A stretch of 62,946 nucleotides of DNA, the filler included, from Hyphochytrium catenoides (lineage: Eukaryota; Protista; Hyphochytriomycota), in NCBI GenBank assembly GCA_900088475.1. It is 12 parts of 12 records of this genome, joined end to end, with 100 filler letters (N's around TTAATTAATTAA, not from the genome) between each part and the next. Parts side by side here need not be neighbours in the genome. Positions count along the whole stretch, not along the records: positions 35,554 to 41,885 come from FLMG01003928.1; positions 41,986 to 43,199 come from FLMG01004387.1; positions 43,300 to 55,855 come from FLMG01001405.1; 9 more parts are not named here. The stretch is one strand, 5' to 3'. This document shows, piece by piece, positions 37,313 through 49,600 of this stretch (positions are counted from its first letter, which is position 1; the number at the start of each line of letters is the position of its first letter). The notes under the pieces are model-generated. The model saw only the letters and a program-made list of their open reading frames with translations, had not been told where the DNA came from and ran no database searches. Made by a program: the position numbers and the translations under genes.

Positions 37313-37770
37313 TATCTTTCTTGACCTATACTAGAAAGGAAACCATCCACTCACGTCTGGCTGTCTCTCTCTTCCCTCCTTGGCTTCTCTCTCTCTCTCT
37401 CTCTCCTCTCCTCTCTCTCTCTCTCTCTTTCTCACTTCACTATCAGGTGGATGTCAATGGTCCCAACGCACATCCTCTCTTTTCTTTCCTGAAAGAGTCT
37501 CTCTCTGGTAGTGAAGTCAAGGTCCCAGGCTGGGTACAGAGAGACGCAAAGAGACCGAAGACGGACATTCTTTGGAACTTTACCAAGTTTCTGGTGGTGG
37601 ACGGAGAGCCTGTAAGACGCTATGACTATGACACCACACCTGAAGAGATAGAGAGAGACATTATCTATTTTTTGGAGAAGAGAGAGAGAGAGAGGCCTGA
37701 GAATGGAGAGACAGAAGGAGAAAGTGATCAGTGCTCAGCAGGACCAGGACCTGGAAGCTGCTCCGCTTGA
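36128..37770 (+). CDS. GPX: Glutathione peroxidase family protein, Cys-type, with predicted signal peptide
   Basis: Exon 36128-36228 (hydrophobic N-terminus), exon 36675-~36900 (FNSASHCGFTGQY...VLAFPCNQFGAQEPG) and last exon 37447-37770 (VDVNGPNAHPLFSFLK...WNFTKFLV). The middle segment is presumably lost in the N gap. Confidence 0.92.
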
Positions 37771-38172
37771 AGGAGTTCTATCAATACAATAATAACGCTT
37801 CAGCACTGTAGAGCTTCGAGGCAGAAAGAACGAGGAGAAAGAGAGACAGTGAAGCAGAGAGAGAGAGGAAGAGGCAGGGGCAGAAAGAGAGAGAAAGACG
37901 TAGAAGAAACAGAGTGAGAGAAAGAGAGCAGCACTTCAGCACACCGAGCAGACATGAAGGATCTTTTGATTATATTTAAGTTCATAGACTTTATCTCTCT
38001 ATCAGGGGACAGACCCAAGTGATGGATTCATCGCTGTTACCCCAGAGACCGAGGCCAATAAATAGAAAAGCTCCGGCCGACCCGGCCACTCCCTTGGTTG
38101 CCACCGCACATGTTCTCTCTCTCTTCTCTCTCTCCGTGTGGAAGTGAGTCAGAAGCTTTACCCGGATGGTGC

Positions 38173-39745
38173 TCAGGACCTTGCGAGCAGGTAGCCCGCA
38201 GAGAAGATAGAAAGCACGGCCGCAGCAGCAGCTCCGGAGAGGCCAGACGCAGCGCTGTTTTTATCGTCAGCACTGGAGCCATTGGTTGCCTTGGCGCTAC
38301 TTCCCGCTCCGTTCTTAGAGTAGAAATGGAACACTTTGTCAGGGTAGCGCGGTTCTACGTTAGGGCCGTAGAGATCAGGATGAGCCTCGATATACTTCGC
38401 GGTCGGATACTTTGGCGGATCACAGCCGATGTTGATCTGGTCTGGCAGCTGATACCATCGAATGTAGTCTACCAGGAAGACGGCAGGGAACTTTGCATAC
38501 TTGGGACCTCCTCCCCAAGCAGTTTCCGACGCTAGACCAAGGTTAATGATGCTGTGCATTGGCTCCTCAGGGATGAACTTCGGCTCACTGCAGTTGGCTG
38601 GGTCCAATGGGTCGCAGTACTTCTTAGTCAGAGACGAAGCAGGGATGCTGACGATGACGTCCTTCTCATTGAAGAGAAAGGTGACATAGCCATCTTTCCC
38701 CAGCTTCCACTCGACAGAGTAGGTGTTCCACTGACTCTTCACGTCCTGCGTGATCTTGATGATGCCAGAGACAGCGTTGGACCAGTAACCCTTCTCATTG
38801 TGTCCGTAGTACTGGTTTACGCCTTCAGGGTAGCCATAGCCGTAGGTGATGTCCTCATAGTAAGAATAGAGGCCACCCTTCGTCGTGTTGGGCACGGTGC
38901 TCCAGGTGGGGCGAAGGTTCGCCGGGATAGAGGGAGCAAGCTGGAGAGAAGAGGCAAAGTAAGAGGGAGAGTCTGTGCACCAAGCCTCCAGAAGATCAAT
39001 CTCTGGAGCGCCTCTTCCCTGGCTGGGATTGAGGCCAAAGCCTGGATTTTTCTCGCAAGCGCTGATCTTCTGCCACTTCTTTGACTCCTCATCGCACGTG
39101 TTATAGTTCCAGGGCCACATCTTCTCGTTGGAATACTCATATTGAGGGCGGCCAAGGTTCCCCATGAACCAGGCTACACGGAGAGAGAGAGAGAGAAAAA
39201 GAGAGAGAGAGAGAAAGGGTGAGTCCTAGAGTCAAATGTGATGAGTAAAGAAGAGAGAAAAGGAAACGTACTTGCTGGCCAGACTCCTCCGCCATCAGGC
39301 CACTTGTTCCTAGTCTTAACAATGCCGCCAGTGAAGCTGCAAAGGCAGAGAGAGAGAGAGAGAGGGAAAGGAAGAGAGGAAAGAGGTTAGTCCCGATAGA
39401 CGACAGGGTATCACTCTCTCTTTCTCTCATATCTCTTCGTACCAGAACTTGTTCCAGGACTGCAGATGGGCACCCGTGTATGCCATCTTCAACGTTGAGC
39501 CATTGTAAGCAACGCCTTCTCTAGGCTCATCGGTGATCGTGAGGGTCAGATAGCCGCCCTTGGTCGTGGCGTACTTTGGATCGGGAGACATGTACTCTAG
39601 CGCGTTGTTGGTCACGTCAGGCATGTCCAGAGCTGTCCAGAACTTGTCCTTGCCATTCTCAAAGGTTCTGCCATCCTTATTGAACTCGTCTGAGGCCACC
39701 AAGACATAGGTCTCTCCCTTGGAGGAGGTAGTTACCTTGGCGTCC

Positions 39746-39782
<37 letters not shown>

Positions 39783-40160
39783 TCCCTTTAGCCGTTGTTT
39801 ACTGACCGAGAGCCAGCGGACAGAGAGGAAAACAAGAGAGAGAGAGTGAACTGGAGAGGAGAGAGAGAGAGAGAGAGAAATGAGGAGCTTGGGCTCTCTT
39901 ACCGCAGGTGTGTCCTTGTCAATCCATTGCTCGAGGATCGCCTTGGCGCCGCTTGGAATGGCTGGGCTCTTGTTCGGTTTGACTGGAGGCTTGACCGTGA
40001 CCTGGGCCTCGTTGTTTCCTAGCGGAGCTGGCGTAGGAGCAGCCGTCACAGGAGCGCCAGGGACAGCAGCTGGAGGCTGTTGAGCTATTGCTGAGCCGCT
40101 GAAGAAGAGAGCGGCACTTGCTGCCATACAAACAGCCAAGCGCCCTAGAGAGATGGCCAT
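38173..40160 (-). CDS. KRE6: KRE6/SKN1-like GH16 beta-glucan synthesis-associated protein
   Basis: Exons 40160-39903, 39744-39443, 39336-~39272 and 39173-38173. Motifs WIDKDTP, LVASDEFNKDGRTF, LQSWNKFCFTGG, GVWPATWFMGNLGR, QKISAC, GRGAPEIDLLEA (catalytic EIDxxE) and VDYIRWYQ...GCDP..YPT. Confidence 0.92.
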
Positions 40161-40915
40161 GTTTTCTCTCTTTCTATAGAGCTTTCTCAGCCACTATTAT
40201 CGTTTCTTTCTTTCTGTCTCTCTCCCTCTCTTCACGGACAACCAACCACGTTCTGATGGGTCAGGCCTTAGTGTTGCCTGTTACGGGACCTTTTGAAAAA
40301 TGAGAGAGAGGAGAGAGCGGAGTGAGGAGAGAGAGAGAGAAAGAGAGAGAAAAAAAGAGAGAGAGAAAGGGAATTCCTGGGCTGCAGCAAATCAGTCAGT
40401 GATGATGTGCAGACACAGGAGATATGTGTCCCTCAAAGAAGTCCTGCCGTCAAGATGGTCGCCAGAAGGTGAAGGAAAGAGGGAAGTTTGCACCAACGAC
40501 AAACGGGAGAGAGNNNNNNNNNNNTTTGTTGCTCTCGGTTCACATTGTGATTGGGGAGAGAGGAGAGAGAGAGAGAGCGAGAGAGAGAGAGAAGATAAGT
40601 AAAGAGAGACGGAAAGAGAGAGAGGTGCACGTGCCCAAGCGTGAAGAGAGGGAGAGAGAGAAAACGAGGGAGAGAGAAAGAGACAGATGCAACAAACGAT
40701 ATCTTCTAGAAAGGGATTAGGGACGAAGGGTTATTAGAGGAGAAAGACGAGAGAGAGAGGAAAGGAAAGAGATGACCATGTAGGAGAGACAACCAAGATC
40801 TCTCTCTGTCCAATTGGCGCTCTGAGTCGTCAGCTGCTGTCCTCCCCTAACAAAGTACGTAGAGTGGAAGAGAGTCAGAACAACAGGAGGAGAGATATGC
40901 ACAAGAGAGAGAGAA

Positions 40916-40951
<36 letters not shown>

Positions 40952-41295
40952 GGAGAGAGGGAGAGAAAGAGAGAGAGAAAGAGGAAAATGGCGCAAGAAG
41001 AGTGGTCCAACTCCACCCTGATCCACTTCTGTGTAGATTTATAATGGGAAATGGACCTAAGAAAGATGATGAGAACCTGAGAAAACTTGTTGAAGAGAGA
41101 GAGAGAGGGAAAGAGAGAAAGAGTTCAATATTACCCAGGCTCTTTGGGGAAGAAAGGAGAGAGAGAGACAGAAAGGAGAGGGAGAGAGAAAGAGAGAGTA
41201 ATAAGGTCAATAAAGGCGTGTGCCAGAGAGGAAGAGAAGAGAGAGAGAGAAAGAGAGAGTAAGGTCACAAAAGGCGTGTGCCAGAGAAGAAGAGA

Positions 41296-41339
<44 letters not shown>

Positions 41340-41985
41340 GGATAGGAAAGGGTGGGACAGGAGCATCAACTCTTATTCATTTATTAGCTGACAACGTTTC
41401 TTTTTTCTCTTTCCCCCCACTAATGTCTGCCCAAAAGTAGTCGACCTAACTTTCCCTTATTACTACTCCCAGTAAATGGAAACAAATCCATACAGTTGCT
41501 GTGTTGTAATGTGGGCTATTGTTATGACGAGTCCAAGTGGTTGAGCGCATCATGTCACTGCGTTGTAAATTTTTCTTCAAGGCGGCGCTTTGACCTGAGT
41601 GTGAGACAGGCAAACACAGAACACAGGCCTTTCTCGGCTATCCTCCGGTCTCCGGTCTATTTTCTTAGTTTGATGATATATACGGATCAGCTTCTTTATT
41701 TAGGAAATGCACGGCCACGAGTGGAAAAAACCAATCAAAGAGAGTTAAATTAATTTACGTTTTCACCCATTAGATTGGACGACAACTTTAGGAGATAAAA
41801 CCTATTTCCGTAATTGTGTGTCAGTTTCGGTTTAGGAATGGGGGTTCTCTGACCAATAGTTCTATGTGCAGACATTTCTAGTTGTNNNNNNNNNNNNNNN
41901 NNNNNNNNNNNNNNNNNNNNNNNNNNNNNTTAATTAATTAANNNNNNNNNNNNNNNNNNNNNNNNNNNNNNNNNNNNNNNNNNNN

Positions 41986-43080
41986 GCCTCCACTTCTGGT
42001 GGCTAGACTTTTATTGGTGTGAGTGTACCTTTCCATCAGCGCCACCTTGTAAGGAGGACACGGTGAGAATGGCAGCACTAGATCAGGCCAGTTTTCAAGT
42101 AAGACACTACGTTCCGGACTGAGACCTGAGTGCCTAATGGAGCGAGCCAAGAGAGCCGGGCTATCAGCTAGAAACTCTCTTACCAAGTCTTTCGCGTTCT
42201 GCATCAGAGCGCTGAGATCGTTCATAGACTCGCCTACCAAAGCCTTCTCCTCCTCCATCTCCCGCTTCTTTCGGTCAAGAATACCTGCAATACCTACAGT
42301 AAGAGAGACAAACGAGGGGTCAAATTAACCGAGCTGCAGCGTATGCAATTGCGAGCAGAAGGAAACGTAGGATCTAGTCCTCCGTACAGCCAGGAGATAG
42401 TAGAATAGGAAGAGCACGTAAGAATCTCCATGAAGTCGCAGTTCTGCGGAGAGAAAGGACTAGGTTGAAACTGATCTCATTGTCTGGACAGAATGACGTA
42501 GTACTTCGAAAGCAGGCGGCTGCTAAGGATGGATGACTTGGGGCGGTATAAACAACATGGCTGACCGCATAAGAAGTCCCAGGAGTCTCCGCTAACGAAG
42601 GAGCACAGAACTGGGAAGATAGGCAGAGACATTGCGCAGGACGAAGTTAGACCTACCATAGCCTGCTGGAGCGGCCGGCGCAGCAGTAGTCGCTGCGTTA
42701 TTGCCATGTTGCAGGACACGCTTATCCCCAAATCTGCTGGGACCAACATCTACCCAGGCTCGCCGCTGCAGAGCCAACGTCAGAGGCTCCTGAAACTCCC
42801 TAGATCCTTTTTCCTTGAAAGAGAACTGGCAAAAGAAAAGAAACAACGGAGACATCGCAAGAGAGGTTAGTCGTCGAGAGATGGTCCTTTAGTGAGCAAC
42901 AAGGGCAAAAGTAGACAGTGGCGGGCTCTCAGAGGCAAGACAATCGATTCACAGTGCGATGATGCACTGTAGGTGAGGTCTTCAGGTGCAACAGTGCGTG
43001 AAGCTGAAGCTGAACCTTGATAGTGCCATTCCTCGTGCCGCTCAGGTTGACCATCAATCGGAGCTTCGGTGACCGCCTTT
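41986..43080 (-). CDS. VPS36: ESCRT-II subunit VPS36, internal fragment
   Basis: Exons give SPKLRLMVNLSGTRNGTIK / FSFKEKGSREFQEPLTLALQRRAW / VGIAGILDRKKREMEEEKALVGESMNDLSALMQNAKDL / VALMERY. These match the end of the GLUE domain and the conserved GIxGI...DLxALMxxAKxxV region. Confidence 0.85.
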
Positions 43081-44779
43081 ATGGCAGAGATGCGACAAAT
43101 CAGATTAAGGAGGAGATCTCTATGAAGATGGGTGAATGTGAAGCCACAGTAGAGGCGAGCACAGACGGGAGCGACGAACCAGAAGACCGCAGGAGGATCN
43201 NNNNNNNNNNNNNNNNNNNNNNNNNNNNNNNNNNNNNNNNNNNTTAATTAATTAANNNNNNNNNNNNNNNNNNNNNNNNNNNNNNNNNNNNNNNNNNNNT
43301 CATATTCATTAATAGATTTTCCCCTTAGACCACAGTCCCATTCCTTACATTACCAGGACGAGTGAAAGATTAAGAGGGAGCAAATGGAAGAAGGAGTGGT
43401 AGAGTGCACTGAAGGAGGCAACCAAGCATATATATAAGTATATATAGATAGAGAGAGAGGCACATCTTAAGAAGAGAGGCACTTAGTGAGAGCTGGTGAG
43501 GCGGAAAGCGATTAGTCCATATTATAAGCTCTCATTTCAGGGTAGAGCTAGACGAATTATTTAGGAGTGTAGAAAGCGAGAAGGAGGCAGTGAGAAAAAG
43601 AAGACGGAAGACCGAAGGAAGAATAGGGACGCGAGGAAAGGAGAGAAAGACAGACAGAGACACAACGAGAGAGAGGGCCATGATGAAGGCGATGGGAGGC
43701 GAGCCAACCTGAGACGAGAAATCTTTACTCTCCTTCTCTACATCTTCACTCTACCTGATCAAAGTTTCCAGGGAGCGCAACCCAATTCTGACATGATTTC
43801 TCGTGCTTGGCTCTATGTCAATCTATCATAAAGAAGACAGAGCTGACTTAGGGAATAGTATGCGCGATGCTATTATGAAAGCGGTTGGGGGAGTAGCAGC
43901 GAGAGGGAGAGGATAGAGGAAGGTTCATGACTGAGGAGGAAAAAGGTCGGAGACATTGAACGAGGAGAAAGAGAGCGTGCAAAGAAGAATAAAGGAGGAG
44001 AGATACAGCGAGAAAACGAGGAGAAGAGAAGGGGAGGGAGATTGTGACTGCAGAGAGAGAGAGACAGAAAGAGAGACAGACACACGGGAGAAAGGATAGA
44101 GTGGAGAGAAACCTGATGACTTTTAGCAGAGGTAGATGTTGATGATGATGTCTGAAGCTCTGTCTAGATGAACATGTAACAAAGCGACTTGATGATGATA
44201 TGTGTCATTGGAATGACTGTGTCCTCTTGTTGCTCTATCTGCGAACAGCGACTGGAAGGAATAACTAGGGAGAAGGGGAAAGTGAAGCAAGAAGAAGGCC
44301 CGCTGCAGGAGGAAGAGTAAGAAGAAAGGCAATCATGGTGAAGAGAGATAAGGTTAGAGAAAGAGGAAAAGACCCAGCCGTATATAGCGAAGAGGCCAGG
44401 TAAGACTGAAAAGGGAAGGCAGAGGGCCACGTTGAAGAGAACGAGAAATGTAGGGTCACATAATAAGGAGAAGAGAAACAAAGTCAAAGTAAGAAAGCAA
44501 GGCGGAACGGACGAGACAAGAGGCAAATCTGGAGAAAAAGAGAATGATTGATCAGTATGAAGGCGCTTCGTCTTGAGAAGTTAAATCAGACTTAACTCCA
44601 GATTCCCTCTTTGTTGCGCCCTCCACCTCCGCTGTCAAAGAAAAAAGCAAACATGGCGGTGACTCGAGCCTAGCTTGCCACCTGAAACCTGTGGCTGCCT
44701 AAGATGATGAAAGTTGAAAATGGGAGGCACTCAACTTTGCAGCAGTTTGTGATGCACATGGGAAAAAGGCTCTGGGGAA

Positions 44780-46690
44780 GGGGGGATTGTAGCGAAGTTG
44801 CATCGCGAGGAAAGGCACGGAGCACTCCCTTAAAAACCACATACATTCCATCCCTCTCGCTTTAGCTCTCAAACGTTATCCGCGGTCTGAAGTGATCGCT
44901 TCTGTCTCCCCACTAGTGGTCCTGGCCTGAATATTTGTACAAAGATAGAACCTTGTTAAGGATAGGTTGGAAAGCGCTAAAGCAAATGAGACCAGGACAA
45001 TAAAAGCCGAAAAAAAGGGGCCGAAATACGGAGAAGGGAGAGAGGAAAGGTCTAGAGAGAGAGAGGTACAGTTGTACAAGAAGGCCAAGATGGAGAAGAG
45101 AGGAGAGTAGCAGCTCACGAAGGTGGAGGAATCAAAGAACGGAAACACTTACACAAGCAGATAAGACAACCGAGGATAATAGAGACTGGAGAAGAATGAT
45201 GAGCAAGAGACAAATAGAGAGGAAGTCAAGAAGAGCAGCAGAAGGGGCACAGGGAGATAATAGAGAAAGACCAATGTAAATGACGTAGATCATCAGCAAC
45301 AGAGTGTTCATCGTGGCGCATTAACTTAGATATCGTCCTCAAACACTTGCCCCTCCGACAGCAATCTGACATCTAGCCGCTGTGTCTGAGGTGGAGAAGT
45401 AACTCAGCAGATGAGTATATCGACCATCTGGGCAGCTCTGACTCTGACTCATCATACAGAACAGCAGCTTCTACAGCTACCTCAAGTGCTTCTCAAGTGC
45501 TTCCACTCTACCTCAAGTGCTTCCACTCTCCCATCATCATCCCCGCTCGCAGAGTCTAGTCTGACTGCACTTTTCTTCTTGGGAGTCGGGCAATTGTTGG
45601 GGCGCTGGGCGCCGGACCTTTATCGCTGCCGCTACGGGGTTGGGCAGTCGCTAAGATATCTTCTGCTGAGCATTTCCCTCACCTGTACAGAAAAACAAAG
45701 GGTCGCGGGGAGGTTGTAGCGAAATTGCATCGTGAGGAAAGGCACGGAGTACTCCCTGTTAAGCCACGTACCTTGCATCCCTCTCGCTTTGCTCTCAAAC
45801 GTTATCCGCGGTCTGATGTGATCTCTTCTGTTTCCCCGCTCTAACAGTCCAGGCCTGAATATTCTTGCAGCAAAAGAGTTACTCAGCTTTGTCCTCAGCA
45901 CCTCGGAGGCGACGTAGGAAAACAGCTGCTAAAGCCATGATGATGCGATACCGCAGATTGTACAAAGATAAAACCTTGTTGAGGAGAGATTGGAAAGCGC
46001 TAAAGCAAGTGCCAGGACAAAAGCCATGAAAAGGATCGAAAAGGGGGAAAGGGAAGAGAGGAGAGCTTTAGAAGAGAGAGGTACAAGAAGCCCAAGATGG
46101 AGAAGAGAGAAGAGTAGCAGCTTACGACGGTGGAGAAATCAACGAACAGAGACACCTACACAAACAGACAAGACAACGGAAGATATTAGAGACTCAGAAG
46201 ATTGATGAGCAAGAGACAAATAGAGAGGAAATTGAGAAGAGCAGCAGAAGGGGCACAGAGAGATAAAAGAGAGAGCAGAAGGGGCACAGCTAGATAAACG
46301 AGAGAGAGACGAATGCAGATGACGTAGATCATCAGCAAGAAAGTGTCCATCCATCGCTTTGATACAAATCGTCCTCAAAGACTTGCCCCTCCGACAGCAA
46401 TCTGACATCTAGCCGCTGTGTCCGTGGTGGAGAAGTAACAACTAGCCGATGGGTATACCATCAGCCATCCGTGCAACTCTGACTCTGACTCTCATACAGA
46501 CAGCAGCTTCTACAGCTACCCCATCCCATCATCCCAGCTCGTAGAGTCTCGTCTGAGTGCACCTTCCTTCTTGGAAGTGCTGCCGGCAATAATTGGGACG
46601 GCCTTTTAAGGGCCTTTATCGCTGCCGCTACCACCTTAAGAAGTCTCTGTGCAGCTCCCTCACCCGTAGAACTACAGAAGGACAAAAGTA
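44780..46690. repeat. Diverged tandem duplication of a ~0.95-kb unit (44780-45700 and 45701-46690), probable pseudogene segments on - strand
   Basis: Shared blocks GTAGCGAA.TTGCATCG.GAGGAAAGGCACGG, CTCTCAAACGTTATCCGCGGTCTGA and ACTTGCCCCTCCGACAGCAATCTGACATCTAGCCGCTGTGTC. Confidence 0.85.
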
Positions 46691-49600
46691 CTCATCACAC
46701 AGGCACAACCCCAAGGCTCCCCATGGAAGGAGCCAAACGTTACCAGTCCCCTTTTGCAGACAAGCAGAGGGCAATCAATAATTGCACAATCATCACAGCT
46801 TCCTTCTCTTCCATGCTGCTGCCAAGCTGCCAGCATTTTTTGTGAAAGAAGAGGAGAATCATCGGAGCTCTGAAATCTCTGTCTGCTGGTCCGGCGCTGT
46901 CTACTTTATATTATCCACTTGAGAACAAACCACTGCCCGGCCTTTCCCTAGAAGGTCCTTCGATCGAGGCGCCCAAGCTGGGGATCAGTGGTCTTAACCA
47001 AGGAGAACGCTCTCAACAACTAGTAGTATTGCTGCCCATCATCAATGAAGAATCAGGCTGATCCGCTGGCTCTTCTTAAGGAAGAGGGAGCAGAGATTTC
47101 GCTATGCCGGGATAAACACTACCACCGGCCGGCTGCTCTTTTTCAGCTCAAATATCGACAGTGGCTGAGTTGACGATGATGATAGACCCTAAACCGAATG
47201 AACAGGAGAGTAACTTACTTCCCTTGTTTCCAGTTTGAGCCTGCGATGCGCTAGTTTTTCGTCAGACTCGGTCGATACTCTGTGCATCTGCTTGAAGAAT
47301 ACCTCCTAATGCCGTTGATTTAACCGTCCGTCAATCAGTCATGGCAGCTTGGCGGTGGTTGGCTCTTTGTCCCTACCGTCTTTACACAGACGCCGCGCCC
47401 TTTCCCGTTCAGGTTAGAGCGGAATGGAGCTGCCATTCTGTGCGCTCTACCGCACTGAAAGGGTCACCCTACAGTCTGTGCACTATGTAAGTCTGATGCC
47501 TGTGTAACCTTAGCACTTTGTCATTCGTCGGCTGCTGGACCACGGTTACATGTTGAAAGAACGATGACAGATGTTCAACGCGTCGAACTCCTTCATCACG
47601 AGAGGGAGCAGCTCTTGTTTTTATCAAGGTTATGGCTCAATTATATCAGGCTAGCTCTCGCTCCCTTTTTTGTCTCCTTGTCTCTCTCTCTATTCACTCA
47701 ACTCTTATATTTGTCTTGCCTTCTCTCTCCGTCTTCCCTAAGCACACCCTCGCTCTATGCCAACTATTCACAATCATCTCGCCTCCAGACACAATCTTTG
47801 GTGGTTCTTTCAGGTATCCCAAAAAGCTCTCAGTCTCTAATCCTGTGTGTACCAGCCTGGGCAGCCCGATCTTGAGTCGGGGGCCACATAAAGTGATGTT
47901 TCTTGATCTATGTTTATTGCTTCTTCTCTGCCATGGCCTCCATAACCCTCTGTTTCTCATCTTTGCCTTGTTCCTTTTCCTTTCCACCTCCATTGCCTTT
48001 CGCTTTACTTCTGAAGTGAAGACATGCCTTAGCAGTTCTTCTCTTGCTGCGGGCAACTAACTGCTATCACCTTCTTTTAGTTTGCTGTCATATGCGTGCT
48101 TCTTAAATTCTCGGACTTTCCTGTCTCCTCCCCTGACTATTTGACATCAACAGACCTGACTTGCAGGCGTATAGGATACAAAGCGGCCATGACTCAGGGA
48201 CATCCCTCCTCGTACCCTCTCCTACTTTCCGTTTAGTGGTCATGCTCGTTCGTTCTTATATTGTCTATAGAGTTTCGTCTTTCTGCCCATGAGTACCCGT
48301 CTGACTTCTCTGGCATCACAGCTGCCGCAGCTAAAGCCTCTAATACAAATTAGAGTCATGTTGCTTGCGTCTTTTTCTGCTCTATCACAATCTCATTTCG
48401 TTCTCTCTCTATTATCATCTCCCCTCTCTCTCTGTTCGAGGTCTTTTCCCTTATGCTATCTTTCAGCGCTTCGACCTTTACTTCAAAAATCATCCTCTTC
48501 TTCTTTCCTATGGACATCTCCTATCTCAGCGTTCTTGGTAACACACCGCGTCGCTGTTACATGCTCTGCGGCTCTTTCTTCGTCTAAGTCCTAACCTTTT
48601 CTGTTCTTCCTACACTTCTTTTACAGGCCGCTCGCATTCTCTTACTGGCCCATTCCTTCTTTCCTCTTCTCTCTTTCAATCGCCGAGTGTTTCTCTTTGT
48701 AATCTTGTCCGTTGGTCATAGCTTTCCTGTTACTCCCCCTCTTTACGGGATTTAGCAGCTTAGGGAACAAAGAACTATTTAATGGACCATAAGACCGTCC
48801 CGCTTATTATGTCTGCTTCCTGGTGCCAACCTTTTCACCTGCACATTCTCCACTTCTCCTCGGCAATCAATCGCGTCTCTCTCTCTGTCTCCTCCTTACT
48901 ATACAGGATTGGCTGTCCCGACGAAGAGCTTTGATTGTCCTATTCGGATGGCAAACAACATGGAATAGAGAACAGACAATGGACAAAAGTATTGGAAAAT
49001 CTTCCTTCTTAGACGACGTGAAGGGGAGCCAGCCGTCTAAATGGTTACCCGCTGTAGGTGCATAGGTCAAGGAGTAAAGAATTTAATATTCAATGCCCAG
49101 GTTGACTTGATCTGAGCAGCCCAAGGATACTTAACGTGGTGCGTGAGGGAAGGAGAGAAATATTATCCTGTAGAGCACCAGGGTTACATAGGAGTCGAGG
49201 TTGCAGTCTGAATTAAAGGTCCCAGCACCGATCCTCGACGTAGGAGCAGAGAGTTCAACAGGCTCCACGGACGTGCACTATGGACCATGAAGGCGATGCG
49301 AGAACTATAATAATCAACAGGACCATCATTAAAGGAGGAAGAGTAAATGTGAGCGGCCGACGGACAGATTCAGAAATCCACTAAGGAGTGATTAGCACTA
49401 GCCGTAGGGGTAAGGCGCAGAAACTATGAGGACACGGCCGCACTACATACACTACCAAGGACATCATAGACAACAATACTCTCAATGGCCCAGCGCACTT
49501 TCTACAGTCTAAACAATTCTGTCAAAGGGAGAAAATTGAACCAACTATCAGACGGCATAAAGGCTTTTCCAAATGAGATCAAGAATGAAATGAAGAGCAC

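Noticed and set aside
41422-41876. MITE with AATGTCTGC/GCAGACATT termini
   Set aside because: Only a 9-bp inverted match and no clear target-site duplication.
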